Below are positions 14,146-28,223 of a stretch of DNA of 64,000 nucleotides, piece by piece. The stretch is from assembly GCA_965235115.1 (NCBI GenBank), contig OZ249451.1:1550001-1614000 (forward strand), read 5' to 3'. The number at the start of each line of letters is the position of its first letter. The first letter of the stretch is position 1. Source of the stretch: Laetmonice hystrix. Its lineage: Eukaryota. Under the pieces are notes generated by a model. It did not search any database and was not told the origin of the DNA. It saw nothing but the letters and a program-made list of their open reading frames with translations. The translations under genes were made by a program, and so were the position numbers.

Positions 14146-15821
14146 CCAACTCTAACCCACCAGCTGCACGTTAACATGGGTAATCAGCACAGTTTCAGTT
14201 GGTCATTAATTTTGTCCCTTTTAACCTGGATGCTGCGAATCTCCTTGGGGCAAACGCCTGGCAAAATTACATAGCAACCAAACCGTGACAACCACTACCA
14301 TTACATAGCAACATGGGCCCCAAAGGCTGCAGAGTCTGGCAACGGAGGATATTTTTCATCCAGGTGTTGGTAACTTGTGACAGTCGGTGAATGTCTCGGG
14401 CTGAAGTCGGCAGAAGACTGTGATTGGTTGGTGTGTGTGGTTGCCAAGGACGGAGGCGGATTTCGTAGCCAGATGCTGCCGACTCAATCTTCCTTTCATT
14501 GATATATAATATACACACACACTTAATCCCTGTCATAAAAACGTCACGATGTATAAATTACCATGGCAACACGTGATGTTCCTCACGACCTACCCTGTCT
14601 TTATGTGAGCTTTCATTTCGTGGGTATCTAGTCTGAGCAACAAGTATATTCGTTGGTCTGAGACATGACCATGGATACCACCGTGACAACCCTTCGTTCT
14701 CATCGCCAGACTTTCTTTCTGATGTTATAATACTTTCTATGTGTCGGAAGTTTTATCTTATAGAACCGTTACAGACCGAGCTATCCCCGCGTAGAGTCAG
14801 TCAAATGTTACAATTCCACTTTACAACTTATTTTCGAAACTGTTAGCTTTAAAAGTAGGACCTCCTGTATGTTCCTGTGGCAACCCTGATTTTTATATTC
14901 CTTCTAAAGTCTAAATACTGATATACCATACTTTTACGGCCTACTTATATATTCCACACTTTCCTTCTTTCTTTAGCCATCTGTTATTTTTCCCCAGGGT
15001 TGATTAAAACCAACGCCTGAATCACGTTCACAGGAAGTGAAGGTATGGGAGGTGTATCAGCCTAAATTCTCCCCAAGAATCTCGGAGACCCGTAGGGCCA
15101 CCTGCCGGCTAATACCAGATAACATGTTCATAATTAGTCGGTTCTCCCTTTCATGTACCGGTCAGCCGACCACGGTCATCGACGACAAAACCTGACGACC
15201 TGAGCGGCGGGTGGGTGCGCGCGCATGCTCCTTGGCGTCCCTCTCAACCTGCCAGATGTTACACAGACAACCGATCAAATTACAACGGTGCACGACCCCA
15301 TGACCCCCAGGTCAGGCTGGCTGTGAAGTCGCCCCCACCCCTGCCGTGGGGCGTTGTACCCCTATTCACACCCCAGTAATGCACAGTCTTGTAGCTCCTG
15401 ATGTTAAAATGCTTCAGCACATCACAGCGAGGCTCAGCAGTCTCCATGGTGGAAAGGCCCCGACCTTTGACCCGGACACTAACTGACGACAAAATGGCTA
15501 CATCATGGCCACCGGCCCGCCGCACGCGTACAATACGACGCTGGGTCGGCCCGAAAAATGGCCACACTTTTCACACCATACAGAGGTCAATTGTCAATCT
15601 TGCAAAAAACGGTCGGCACGGTTAGAAGCTGATGGTAAGGTCGTGAGGTCATGAAGGGGTCGATTGAAGGTCGTGACACAACCAAACAGAGCAAGTGTTT
15701 CCTGATGGGGGTCAAGTCAACGCTGTCACATCTGATAGAAACATTGAAGTGACCATGCGGCACCCTGCTCCCCCCACCTGGCTCGCCCTGCCGACAAACG
15801 TGGCCATACTGGTCTTCTCCT

Positions 15822-16245
15822 CCCGTGTGTGCTGGAGGACGTGGTCACACTGGCTTGGTGCAGTCCCGTCTCACTCCTGGAGGACGTGGTCACACTGACT
15901 TGGTTGTCACTTCCCCTCCCGTGTGTGTGATCACATCCTGGAGGACGTGGTCACACTGGCTTGGTGCAGTCCCGTCTCACCCCTGGAGGACATGGTCACA
16001 CAGACTTGGTGCAGTCCCCTCTCACTCCTGGAGGACATGGTCACACTGGCTTGGTGCAGTCCCGTCTCACCCCTGGAGGACTTGGCCACACTGGCTTGGT
16101 GCAGTCCCGTCTCACCCCTGGAGGACATGGTCACACTGGCTTTGTGCAGTCCCGTCTCAACCCTGGAGGACATGGTCACACTGGCTTGGTGCAGTCCCCT
16201 CTCACTCCTGGAGGACATGGTCACACAGACTTGGTGCAGTCCCCG
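15822..16245. repeat. 45-bp minisatellite, about 8 copies
   Basis: Unit ctggaggacatggtcacactggcttggtgcagtcccgtctcaccc. Confidence 0.92.
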
Positions 16246-18344
16246 TTAAAAGTTTACAATATATGCACCGGAAGTCGATCCATGGTCTGTGACAGACCCA
16301 CACACATAGTCTATTATACCCTGCTGGAGTGAGTGTCTAATATGAGACTGTGTGCTAATGGACATCATCTATTATACCCTCCCACATATAGTGGTTGTCT
16401 AATATAAGACTTCACATGGTCAGACAGGATGCTCACCTCTGCCCTTTTAGCTGCTCTCAGGACCGGAAGTTGAGGAGAGCCACTTCCTTTTGTCATCTGA
16501 AGCCTTGTGGTCCCTGCGGCTAGGTTCGTCATGATGATGGCTGAACACAAAGCCGAGCTACCTTCGTTAGCCACTCCACACGACTTTGTCGGCATACACT
16601 GTCTGCTCCAGCGCTCACTAGAGTGCGCCACCTACTCCCCACGTCTTAGGTCCCCAATTCAATTCATTACAATTTAATAAGTTTTCTCCCAAAAAGGACA
16701 CGCGGGGAGACCTAATTTATTTTTATTTTACAGGAGGTATGATATTCAAAGATAAATATCTTACAATAATTTATCCTAAAACTTTTAATGTTAGATTTAT
16801 CGTTATCAGGCTAATTCCGATGAAGCGATCAGTTTCATGACCACCTCATCCATAAAGTCCTCATCTTACAAACAAAACATGATATTATGAACGAGGAAAT
16901 CAAAAGAAACAAGATACTTGAACAAGTTTCAGGTCGGAAGTAAAAACTTTCAATATGTTGAAAATAAACTCTTTCAATAATAAGTTGGAAATAAAACCTT
17001 TCAGTATGACCGACGGCGCTGGGTACCTGATTGGTCAGGTGACCTTCATGATACAGGACCACTGGACACCTCCTTCAACAATGGTCAAAACTGACCACAA
17101 GTCATGAGATCTCAGCATAGCCATGTTTTAATCAACGCTATGGGACACCGTGGGTGTTGTGGTCAGTGTGAGAGATCACATTGAGACTGGACAGTATCAG
17201 AATACTCCCAACTAATTAGACCCAGATCCTTTCATGTCACATTCCCACTGCTAGCTTCTCATCAGTTTAAAAAAAAATCCTACATCTTCTCTTGTTTGTG
17301 TATCGTCGCTGTGTGTGGTCGCATGGATTTTATATTGCCACGAATCTCAATTAGCCTGCTTCAGCGAACAAAACGGCGAAACAAAAGCTGTTTGTCCTTT
17401 AGCCCTATGGAATTCACGAATGAAGGGATCCTTCAGAGAGATAACAACACAAATAATTGACTTCTCAACACTAAAGTAAGATATTTTTCCAGAAAGATTA
17501 ACCTTTTTACTATGAGACACTGAAGACTCCCTGGAACACAGAATTCTCTGGGATTGTTGTTCGTATTCTTGTTCAAAATTAGTAACCTCTGGGCCATGCA
17601 TATATAAAATAGTAATCTGTATAGAGGTACGTTCTCAGAATGTCATAATATAGTAATCTGTAGAGGCAGTTTCCCGGAATGGTACTGTTGATCAGAGCTG
17701 CGGGCCGTGGAGGGACTGTGGGGAGAGTCCAGGAACTGTTCATCAACAACAGTTTGTCAATAACAATCTCCGGTGATTATCACCTGTGACACAGCCGTAA
17801 CGTCTCTCTGTCCGGGTACAACCCTTACCTATTGTTTACTGGACTCACCTGTCGGCACGTCTCACCCCGGCCCACCTGGCCCACCTGGGAGGGGTGGGGG
17901 TAACTCCCCCAACCCCCGGACGCCCGGGTATAGACCGGTCAGCGACCCTGGATTTCTTACCCCTCCACTGGAACATGTCAAGACGGTGTAGTTCTCCGTA
18001 CTGCCACCAGGGTGTGTGGTTGTGTACCTTACAACACCTGTTGTCATTGGTATTAGTCCTCAGGGAGCCATCAACCCGGTTCAAACTGCATGGAGAATAC
18101 CTACAGGGCCTTCTATATACTCCAGCAGGGGCTGTGGGTGTGGGTGTTGTATATGTTATAAGATACAATTGTCTCTAACTTCTGGCTGTGGTGAAAATAA
18201 AATCTTCTGTGAAACCTTGAATCAATTTAAACACTACTCCCCCCCCCCCTCCACTGAATAATATACAGCAGGGAGAACATGGGATTGCTTTTATCATTGA
18301 GAGAGCCGGGAGAAAATATTGACATTTTTTATCATTGATATCGG

Positions 18345-18462
18345 CCTAAAGATAAACGTTTGGGGGTAGAATTGTGAACGACACACAACTAGCCTAAAGA
18401 TAAACGTTTGGGGGTAGAATTGTGAACGACACACCGAGTGTAACTAGCCTAAAGATAAACGT
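18345..18462. repeat. About 48-bp tandem repeat, 2-3 copies
   Basis: gcctaaagataaacgtttgggggtagaattgtgaacgacacac repeated. Confidence 0.85.
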
Positions 18463-20691
18463 TTTACTCAAATTTGTTTCCTGTTCCATTGTTGCCATGG
18501 TAATTATACATCCACTGTAAGCAGTCCCCTAATTGGCCGATTTATTGTTACAACTTTCGGCGGGGAGGGATCTTACAACGGCCGCATCCCTTGACGCGTT
18601 ACTATGGTCTATTACTGTACGGAAGTTTGCTTTGGAAGGGTATGGAACCACTGCCTAATTATAGGCGGGGAGGTGAGGCCCCCCTTGGAGGGGGTTTAAA
18701 AGCTAGCACCCTCACCCTCAGCCACCACACCTATCCTCCCATCTGTCCACTGTCCGGCAGTTTTTTCTTTATCACAAAGGTCGGCGGCACCTGCCGGCCG
18801 TGACCGTTCCTTGTCACAACATGTGTCACTGCCACCATCACATCGCGTCACTCCAACATTCACTTGGCTCACCATTTTATTAGTCACATTTTACAAACAG
18901 AAACTAAAAAAAGCTTCAAGATACATAAAAATGACCTTTAGCCCGCTGGCAAGCTGCTTGAGTTGATTAAATCATATCTTGATTTCAGGGTCAGGAGCTA
19001 AGGTCGCGGAGTTCAAACGGTGCTGACGGCAGCCCACCCCACATTTTCCATGGGTCAGTTTTCCCACTGACACTGTATAGAGGACAAGGTGTGCCGGCCA
19101 GTGTCCCGGTTCATAAGCCGTGGCCCCGGCACGCTTCCTTTCTTCTCAGGCCAACTGACATCTGGCCTGGCTTACTGGGGGGTCAAACTGCCACCGGCCA
19201 GCCGCCTGCCCGGCCCACCGCTCCAACCCCACATAAACCGACACCCTCACTGGTCATAACGCCACAAACCGGGGGGCTCTAAGTACTGCTTAAAAAGCAA
19301 TTATCTCTAACGATGCCATTTATGATTTTTCTTTTATAGACGATATCATTATTTGAGCTCCAGATGCTATGAGAAAGAATAACTGTGATTTGACGGGCGA
19401 GACAATGCGGCATGACCTTGCACAAGCAGGGCTGGAACTGGCTGATTGCATTGGTGGGTTCGTCTTGTCTTCAGGCCCATAGACTTCATTTATCCTGGGT
19501 TCATGGGAATAAATCAAATACAACTTAAATTGTAGACAAAGGTTTCAGGAGCACAAGCACTGTGCATACCATGTGTATTAAGGACAACTTTTGAATCGTG
19601 TTCTGAGTATTAACTTAGACGTCTAAAATTTCTAAAAATGTATAATAACTGAAGGTGGTTGCCTGAGATAACTACTGACCATGCAGGCGGAGGAGGTGTA
19701 TATGTTTCTGATACCTGGACCGTGGAGAATTCAATCCTTAAAGTGACACTGCCAGGTGTGTCACTGTCCACCACTGTGTGGGTGAGATCCCCGGGGCTGA
19801 GGCCACCCGTGTCCCGGCACGGGCGGGCGGCAGGCACCCCCCACCCCCACCCCCACCCACCAGCCCCCAGAGATATACTGACCGGCGGCAGGTGCTCTGA
19901 CCTCACCATGTTATACGTTAACCTCACTGTATACGTCCATCTGCTGCCCACAGCGCTACCATTGAGTCCAGCAATGTGTCGCCGGCCACCCCACAATCCC
20001 TACCCCTATCATGTTCACCCCACCTGCGGCCAGCGTCCATTTACCCCGCCGTAACTCTCCCCCGCATTATCCCGACTTACACGTGTTGATGTACCAAAGG
20101 CTCCGGGTTAGATGCCTTTATATGGGCATCATGGGGTTTAATGGGTAAAAGGTGCAGGGACCTGTTGGAGAAGGGGTACTATCATGCACGCTCCCATCTG
20201 CCACACCTGTGCTGATCAGCGTCTAAAGTGACCAGTGGTCAGGTTTCTCTTGTAGTGACCAATACAGTGGAAATGTCCGGTTTAATACAGGCCAGGTCGG
20301 CTATGAACCCGTATGGTATATAATATATATCAATCGTTCGATACTGGGGGAGAGGTTATAGTGGCAGGAACAATGATATATTATTAGTTTTCACAACTAG
20401 ATTTGGTGGAGGTGTTAGAAGATGTACTGTTGCAAGCCCTACACCATTACCGACTCTCCACAACTGCACGTTCACCCCGGCCACCTTGACCTTGAGATAT
20501 GTAAACAGATAAACTGACCAAGGGTCAGCAGTGGTCAAACACCCGCACTGACACACACCACACTGGTCAGCTGACACCGACACAAATATTACTATTTTAA
20601 GCGCAAGCTAGGCCCCTCCTTGAACCTTTCGCAGATTTTTAACGAAATCGCCACGAACAGCAAGCGTTCTCTCTGGTTCCTCCGCCTCCCG

Positions 20692-20868
20692 ATTACTTGA
20701 TAATATTTTTATAAGATTTCATTGATTCAGTGACTTACAATGTTACATGCCGTGAGACGCGGTTCGTTCTCACCATGGAGTCCGCCTACCATTACCTGAT
20801 AATATTTTTATAAGATTTCATTGATTCAGTGACTTACAATGTTACATGCCGTGAGACGCGGTTCGTTC
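20692..20868. repeat. Direct duplication (period 99 bp)
   Basis: tgataatatttttataagatttcattgattcagtgacttacaatgttacatgccgtgagacgcggttcgttc at 20698 and 20797. Confidence 0.9.
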
Positions 20869-21934
20869 GTGGACAGGGGGAGTGGTCTGACAGAAGACAT
20901 GGCGATGACCTGTGTCCAGTGTTAAATTCCCAGCCGTTCAATCTGACCATCTGCCCACATACCTGTGCTCTGGCTCTCGGCCCTTGTCAACTGTTGACAT
21001 GGGGTGGGGGTGCAGAGACCCTCTTGGCGTCCCCCCCCACACACACACACACCACCCAGCCCTCCACCTGTCTCGTTGCATTCCTACACGGTTACATAAG
21101 CAAACCACAGAAAGCCGTTTATAAAGACGGACCAAGGATGCCGTGAGCTTCCCCTCCCTCCTGGAGCAATCGGCGGTTATTTCACCAAATACCCAGGGCC
21201 CGACCCACCGACCTGTTGAGAAAGTCTTTATGTGTCCCGCCCGACGGCTCTGGGTACAGACCGGCGGTAACGTTCTGAGAGGTCGGTCAGGACCTCGGCT
21301 CTGATTGACTTAACAAGTGGCCATTGTCAGCTGTACTTCTGGTCTGATAGCGGCCCATTATCACACATTGTTCAACCATTATGATAAATCACCCTACACC
21401 GCCCATCTCTCACAGACTGCGCACATTCTCCCAATCACAACGTCTTCTCTATCGAAATTCAAGGAGATTGCAAGTTGAGACCCCCCAAGGTCAAAGGTCA
21501 AAGGACACAACCTCTTATGGACCAACTGGTGCATCTGTCGCAATGGATGCATCTCATTTCTACCCCGAGGGGTTAGCGGAGCGGCTGTTTCCTTCGGATG
21601 GCCTATCTAAATTTCTTAAAACGGTTCACTGGACGTGGAGGACGCGTCAAGGGAGGTCAAGAGTTTCCGCTACGATTCGAAACGAGACAAGAATTACTTT
21701 GTCTCTCAAGGTTTCTATACGACCTCTGAACACCATCACTGAGTGACCCCCTTATCATTGCATAACATTAATTTATCTGGCTTGTATCGCTGCACGGTTT
21801 CTATCTCAGGAATATTTCCAACATGACTTCCCTTCTTCCGGTCAAATCACTGTTGTATATCTCCTTGAAGTCGAGTGACAGTCTACAGTCTGATTTAAGT
21901 CAGAGCTGCGCAATCGGCGGTCATAACCCCCAAT

Positions 21935-22295
21935 AGTAACTGTGGTAGACCCGCGGCCGTTGGGGCCCAATGGTAGTTGTAGACCCGCGCCCATTGGGGC
22001 CCAATGGTAGTTGTATAGACCCGTGCCCGTTAGGGCCCAGTGGTAGTTGTAGACCCGTGCCCGTTAGGGCCCAATGGTAGTTGTATAGACCCGTGCCGGA
22101 TAGGGCCCAATGGTAGTTGTAGACCCGCGCCCATTGGGGCCCAATGGTAGTTGTATAGACCCGTGCCCGTTAGGGCCCAGTGGTAGTTGTAGACCCGTGC
22201 CCGTTAGGGCCCAATGGTAGTTGTATAGACCCGTGCCCGTTAGGGCCCAATGGTAGTTGTAGACCCGTGCCCGTTAGGGCCCAATGGTATAGACC
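21935..22295. repeat. 33-36-bp minisatellite, about 10 copies
   Basis: Unit tggtagttgtagacccgtgcccgttagggcccaa. Confidence 0.92.
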
Positions 22296-23538
22296 CCTGG
22301 CCCGGTAGGACCCCACTACAGTATAGTTGTAGTTGGAGGCGGACATTGTATACACGATGACCGCCCGGTGTCTGACTGGGATTTGGTTGATTTGTTCCTC
22401 GCCATCTCGTTTAGTGAATATAGCTCCGGTTGCCATGGAAACGGTCTCTAATGGTAACTCATTACTTGGGATTATTCAGGTTTCGGTTTCACCCTCGCTT
22501 TAACCACCTGTTGCACCTGTAGCACCTGATAATTGTACGCCTGGTCAGTTTGACCACGACCAGCCACGACACGCAGGCACTATACGATGGAAATGCCTTT
22601 TTAGCGTCTGCGTCCGTATAGGTTGTTTGGCTCAAACGAATTTCTCCTATTCTTTCCTCATACCCAACAAACAGTATACCTGTAGGCCTCCGACATACAA
22701 CGCTATTTCCCGGCATCTAGAGCTACAAATTGTGAAGTTTCTCAAAGCATTTAGGCCGAGCTTACTGATAATTTTTATCACTTCTACCAAACTTTTTCCA
22801 GCACTGACCAGTAGAGTATGACATATGTCGCCCATTGAGGGCGTAATTCACTATATCTGGGTGAATACCTATAATGTATAGAGGATTGGTCGAAATTGTT
22901 TAACGTTGAGAAATCGTTAACGAGTTCGCCACTGCATGACTGATCCTGACTCGGGGGTAGTATTCGTTAAGTTTCAGGACTTGTAAGGACTTGCAGCTCA
23001 TAGCTGCCCCCTCCCTGACAGATCAACAGCTTGCCGCAGTACACGTAACCTTGACAACACCATGCACGAGCTCCCTAAAGATGGCGCCACCAATCCTCCT
23101 TGACCGCCGGTCAAGACGTGTCACGTGACAATAAAAGGGTCGGGGGAGGTTAACCTTCTCATGACCTGACGGTGTGGTTGGACTAAACATAATGGCTTCC
23201 CTACCATATGGTGTTACCAAGGTAACACTGGGGTATCGTCAGGTTGGATCCTGTCAGTTCCTACATGTGCGTTTCAATGACCTCTTGACCTCAAGATTTG
23301 AGACTGTTAACACGCGACATAAGTTGTCGCGGTCCAGTCTGAAGAGAGCACTTTTCGTACATAAATATTTGTTTTAATTCTCAGTGCAATCTTTGGTATA
23401 AGGAGATCGAGATTCAGAAAATGTAAATATCACGTTAAATTGATTTAATCTGGTGTAATATATTTATTGTGCGAACAATCCGGTTCAGTGCAGAGTGTCT
23501 CATACACAATATAAATCGACAACTCGCCAAGTCTGACT

Positions 23539-23701
23539 CTCAATGATCTGTCCAGCTGTCCGCACTATGAACATACGACAACCTCTGAACGCTGTCAGAT
23601 ATTGAGACAGTTTCTTCCAGCCTCAATAATCTGTCCAGCTGTCCACACTATGAACACACGACAACCTCATGCTGTCTGATATCGAGACAGTTTCTTCCAG
23701 C
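23539..23701. repeat. 83-bp tandem duplication
   Basis: ctcaat(g/a)atctgtccagctgtcc... at 23539 and 23622. Confidence 0.85.
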
Positions 23702-26700
23702 AGGACAGAGGTGATTTGTTGCTGTCGTCACTGCCTGGGTCACAGATTGCTGTTCTGACCCCACTTGACCCCACTAATGTGTGTCTGACCTCTGATCCTG
23801 GTCTGATAATAGTGACTGGGTCAGCTGTAATGGCCGGCGTGCCTGGCTTTGTTTGGGGCTGGTGGTATGCAGTGTTACACCTTCCCCGCCAACTGACCAC
23901 AATATTGTCCAGTGGTGGTCACTCTCTGACCACCAATTACGGCACCAGAAGATGGCTGCCCGGCACGTCGATCGATGAGGTCCGCTGACAGTCAAGCTGA
24001 CCAGCGGTCACTAGTAGTGACCAGTACTGACCGGGGGTTACCGCACACAGAGTGTGATTTATGTGCTTGCCCTGGACAAAGACGTCCCGGTATGTAACCT
24101 CCCCCCCTTCCTGTCCCCCTTCCTGTCCCCCTCCCTGTCCCCCTTCCTGTCGTAATTCAGCAGGGAGGGTGTGTAATTCTAGCATTCAACACGCTATGCC
24201 TGCCAGTGCTAGCCGAGCTGGCTGGAGGTGTTTTATTGACGTTCATGAACGTCACACCACCACCCACCATTGTGACGTTCACGTGTGTAACACTCTAACC
24301 GAGAGATATAATTATATGGGTGTGTGTAACTCCCACATCGTCCGCTAGGTGACTGTCAGACGGCCAGTCGTACGGATTCCACCGTCACTAACTCTCATCG
24401 TACATAAAGACAGCCATTTAAAATCACCGCTAACGTTTTCCACATACACCACCATTGCCATAACAACCACATGACGACAGTCAAACCGCCTGTGGTCAGC
24501 CTCCGGCCACTCGGGCCTGTCCAGCCACTGTGGTCAGCCATTAAACCGTCCCCTAAATCAGCGCTGTATTTGTGACGTTGTCAGTCAGCGCGACACTACA
24601 CAAGTTTTACGTCCACAGGTGCATTGTGGGAACAGGTAATGATCCGCATAGCACTGCCTTTGTTTCGTACTTAGGACGATTCTTAGCGGCTAGCTCTACT
24701 CTGTAATAAAGACACCCAGTTTATCACCGTCCTCCGGTCAGTGTCTGTCCCTTTCTCTCTATCCCTGCAGGTATAGCTGTGAACGTCTCAGCGTCTTTAA
24801 TAACGACGTCACCAAGAAGACGTGGGAGAACGCCAGACTGTTTACGCCATTGTCCTTTCCCTGGTCTCTTCTACGTGTCTGACCTTACAAACAACCCGAG
24901 GCCACTCTCCTTACAGAAACACTCGGACGTATCTCTAGCCACTCTCCATACGGAAACACTCGGACGTCCTATCTCTACACACGATCTCCCCACTATAGTT
25001 ACGCTACTAATAATGTCTAAACCATTCACAAATCTTCAACGCCAAGGCAAGGTAGGCAATAAGCTATAGCCTACTAAAGGAACTACATATTAATCCTAAA
25101 ATGCCGACACAACAAAGGAATCTTTTACATACAGAGAAGACAATAGTTTTCATCTCTGGAATAAGATTCCATGAAAGGTTGAACTTAAGAAAAACTGGGA
25201 CATTACCGTTTTCTGGTTGTTGCCTTGCTCCAAAACCTGCAATGATAGGAACACAATGTCATTTCAACAACTCCAAGTTTTTGAAGACTCACAAAATGTT
25301 CGTTCTATTGATTTCAAACTAAAACAATCCTGAGTTTAGTTCTAAACTCAACACCAATCATTTTCCTGCCAAGGAATCTAATAAACATTTCCACAATAAA
25401 GAACACACATATTTAATTGGTCTGACTTGCTTTCTAAAGGGTTTCTCAGGCAGGGAAACCCAGGCCTTGAATTAGTTTCCCAAATCTCAGGCCGGATGGG
25501 CTCCATCAATTTCGATCAGCGATTTGTCTTTGTTGACTCCCGATTTCAACAAGAGAATCGTAATGGCTTACTTTTTAATTTTTCCCAGACCACACTGTTA
25601 GCATCTAATTTTGATTGAAAACTTCATTGAGCGAGAATAATGGAAGCGACGGGCTGCCAACCAGTGGGGCCCAGCTCGAGCAGAGCTTTCAGTTTCACAG
25701 GTCGACCGGTAACAATTGGGGGTCAAGCGCCCACGAGCGCTGCCTTTTGCACATGCTTGTCACTCTTTCAGTTGGTTCATGCTGCCGCGCGACACACGTG
25801 CCGCCAGTTGTGCGCCGCTACCACTAGAGCGCGCCACCGGTCGACAACAATACATGGTCCATTCACAATGGTTTCGTTGACATCTGAATATCAACTGCAA
25901 ACTACAAGATTGGAGCGTCAGAAATTTCTGGCGTGACCGATTGGATGAATAGAGATGATGTTGAACACAGACAACCCGCACCGTATGGCTGGTTTCCTAG
26001 AGATCAACATTTCTGAGGGACCGTTCCGAGCTCCCAGCATGCAGCTGGTTTAACACGACACACCACGTGATCTCCCTGGGTGGCCGTCATTAGTTTCAAT
26101 ACGGAGACTCATCAAATCATCAAAACTCACTAATCCACTCTTAAACCAGATGATCGCTAGCCTTTAATTAATAGGTCTAATTTAATTAAAATCTGAGAGA
26201 AATATACGAACAACTCATGGAGTAGGCCTACACATCTAAGAGGAAGATAAATAAGTATATCTTGATCTGAGGCGAGGGTCGGTCAGTCTGGATTACGATT
26301 CGGAGAGAGTCGACTGTGCTGGTCAGAGGTGAACGGGGGGAGGGGGTGAGAAATTAATGTTGATCAGATAGGGCGACCACCTGAGGGGTATATGTCTATA
26401 TATAGACCTACATGTCTGTGAGTGCGGGAGGCCGCCTTGCTTGGATCATTACACTCGGCACACCGGTCACGTAACAGTTAGATATAAGGTGGCCCTGAAT
26501 GGTCTGGTCACACCTGGACATGGTCGTCTTCAAATTGTTTAATTCCTGATAGTATAAATCATAATTCTGAGACCAGGAAAACATCGAGAGCTGATAAGGA
26601 CAGTGATGGAGACAGGCTGATCATATATTGATAATCGGGCGATAATTTATTTGAGGTCAAGACGACGCTGCAGGTCGTGAAATGTAGATCTATGCCATAC

Positions 26701-27828
26701 GGTAACTTTAGTCAGGGCAGTTGTTGTGACGGTGAGCAGCGTTATTACGGAATTATTACCCTGTGTGGCGTCACTCGTGTGTACGGGATCGGGCGGCGGT
26801 GGCAGGTGTTAAACCTTTGATGTAGGCCAGGATCACCTGGCCAGGATCACCTGGTCAGGTAGACACCGTGTGAATAGGTGCGACAGGACGGGAGATTTTA
26901 ACCAAGTTACAAGGTACGACCGACCGTCACCGACCGGACACGTCAGTCCGAGGGAGAACTGTGGTGAATTACAGAGGTTTAGAATGAAACAATTTCAGGA
27001 TAATTCAATGTAGGCCTATCTATGGAGGTCAGGTGACTTGTGATCACTCCTTCAGTCTCCTTCCTTAGGTCTATGACAGGATTAAAGGACGTCTTTACGG
27101 ATCCAACCATCCGTATAACGTCAAGACACCTTGGTACAGACCTACAGCCACGCCGACCATGGGTGTAAAGTCATTCCATGGAAGATGTTAAATGTGTAGG
27201 TCCAGGTACTGACCCGGAGACTGACCCCTCCCACCTCACTGGCACCATCCCTGACCACCGAGGTCGCTTCCGGTGTTTACAAAACTCACAGCGACCCCTG
27301 GGGGTAGGGGTTGGAACTTATCGTATCCTCCTGGCCGCCACCCATGTAACCCTGCTTCCGTGGGGTCACTCCATGGTCGAGGGGGTCACTCCTTGGTCAA
27401 TCCGTGGTCATCCCTGCGGGAGAGGGGTTAAATGGACGGCCCCAGCCGGACAGAGTACTCGTCAGCCTCACTCTCACTTCGTTACCATGGTTGCGAGGCC
27501 ACCAGGAAATGTTTCCTCAAACATCACCTAGCCTTGTCCCCAGAGAGGGGCAACCGTCTCGGGCCATATGAGGGACCACTGTGTCCACTGACGTGACCAC
27601 AGGACCACACTGACCAAAGGGGATCACCCCACCGCCACTCCGACCCCTACCCCCCACCCCACAGACGCTGGACGTCCTTGTATTGTACCAAGTCGGGTGT
27701 CTGGTGTTTCGTCGCCGTGGAGATCCACAGACGCCGGGTCCCCACGTCATCCCGCTGACGTTCTTTATGTAAATTGACCAGAAGCGTGGGAGAATGACTA
27801 AGACTAGATGACACATCAATCAGAGGGA

Positions 27829-28175
27829 GCACCCCCGACTCCCGGACTGACCGGCCTCTGTCAGAGACCCCGACTGCAGGACTGACCGGCCTCTGTCAGA
27901 GACCCCCGACTCCCGGACTGACCGGCCTCTGTCAGAGACCCCCGACTCCCGGACTGACCGGCCTCTGTCAGAGACTCCCGACTCCCGGACTGACCGGCCT
28001 CTGTCAGAGACCTCCGACTCCCGGACTGACCGGCCTCTGTCAGAGACCCCCGACTCCCGGACTGACCGGCCTCTGTCAGAGACCCCAGACTCCCGGACTG
28101 ACCAGCCTTTGTCAGAGACCCCCGACTCCCGGACTGACGGTCTCTGTCAGAGACCCCCGACTCCCGGACTGACCT
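27829..28175. repeat. 36-bp minisatellite, about 9-10 copies
   Basis: Unit gagacccccgactcccggactgaccggcctctgtca. Confidence 0.93.
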
Positions 28176-28223
28176 GCCTCATATTCACAGCAATCTGCTC
28201 CGATCTTCTTCATCATCTGAATC

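Noticed and set aside
13428-14177. Pro-rich or Gly/Arg-rich collagen- or extensin-like ORFs
   Set aside because: GC-rich minisatellite lacking stop codons on both strands; no splice or domain support.
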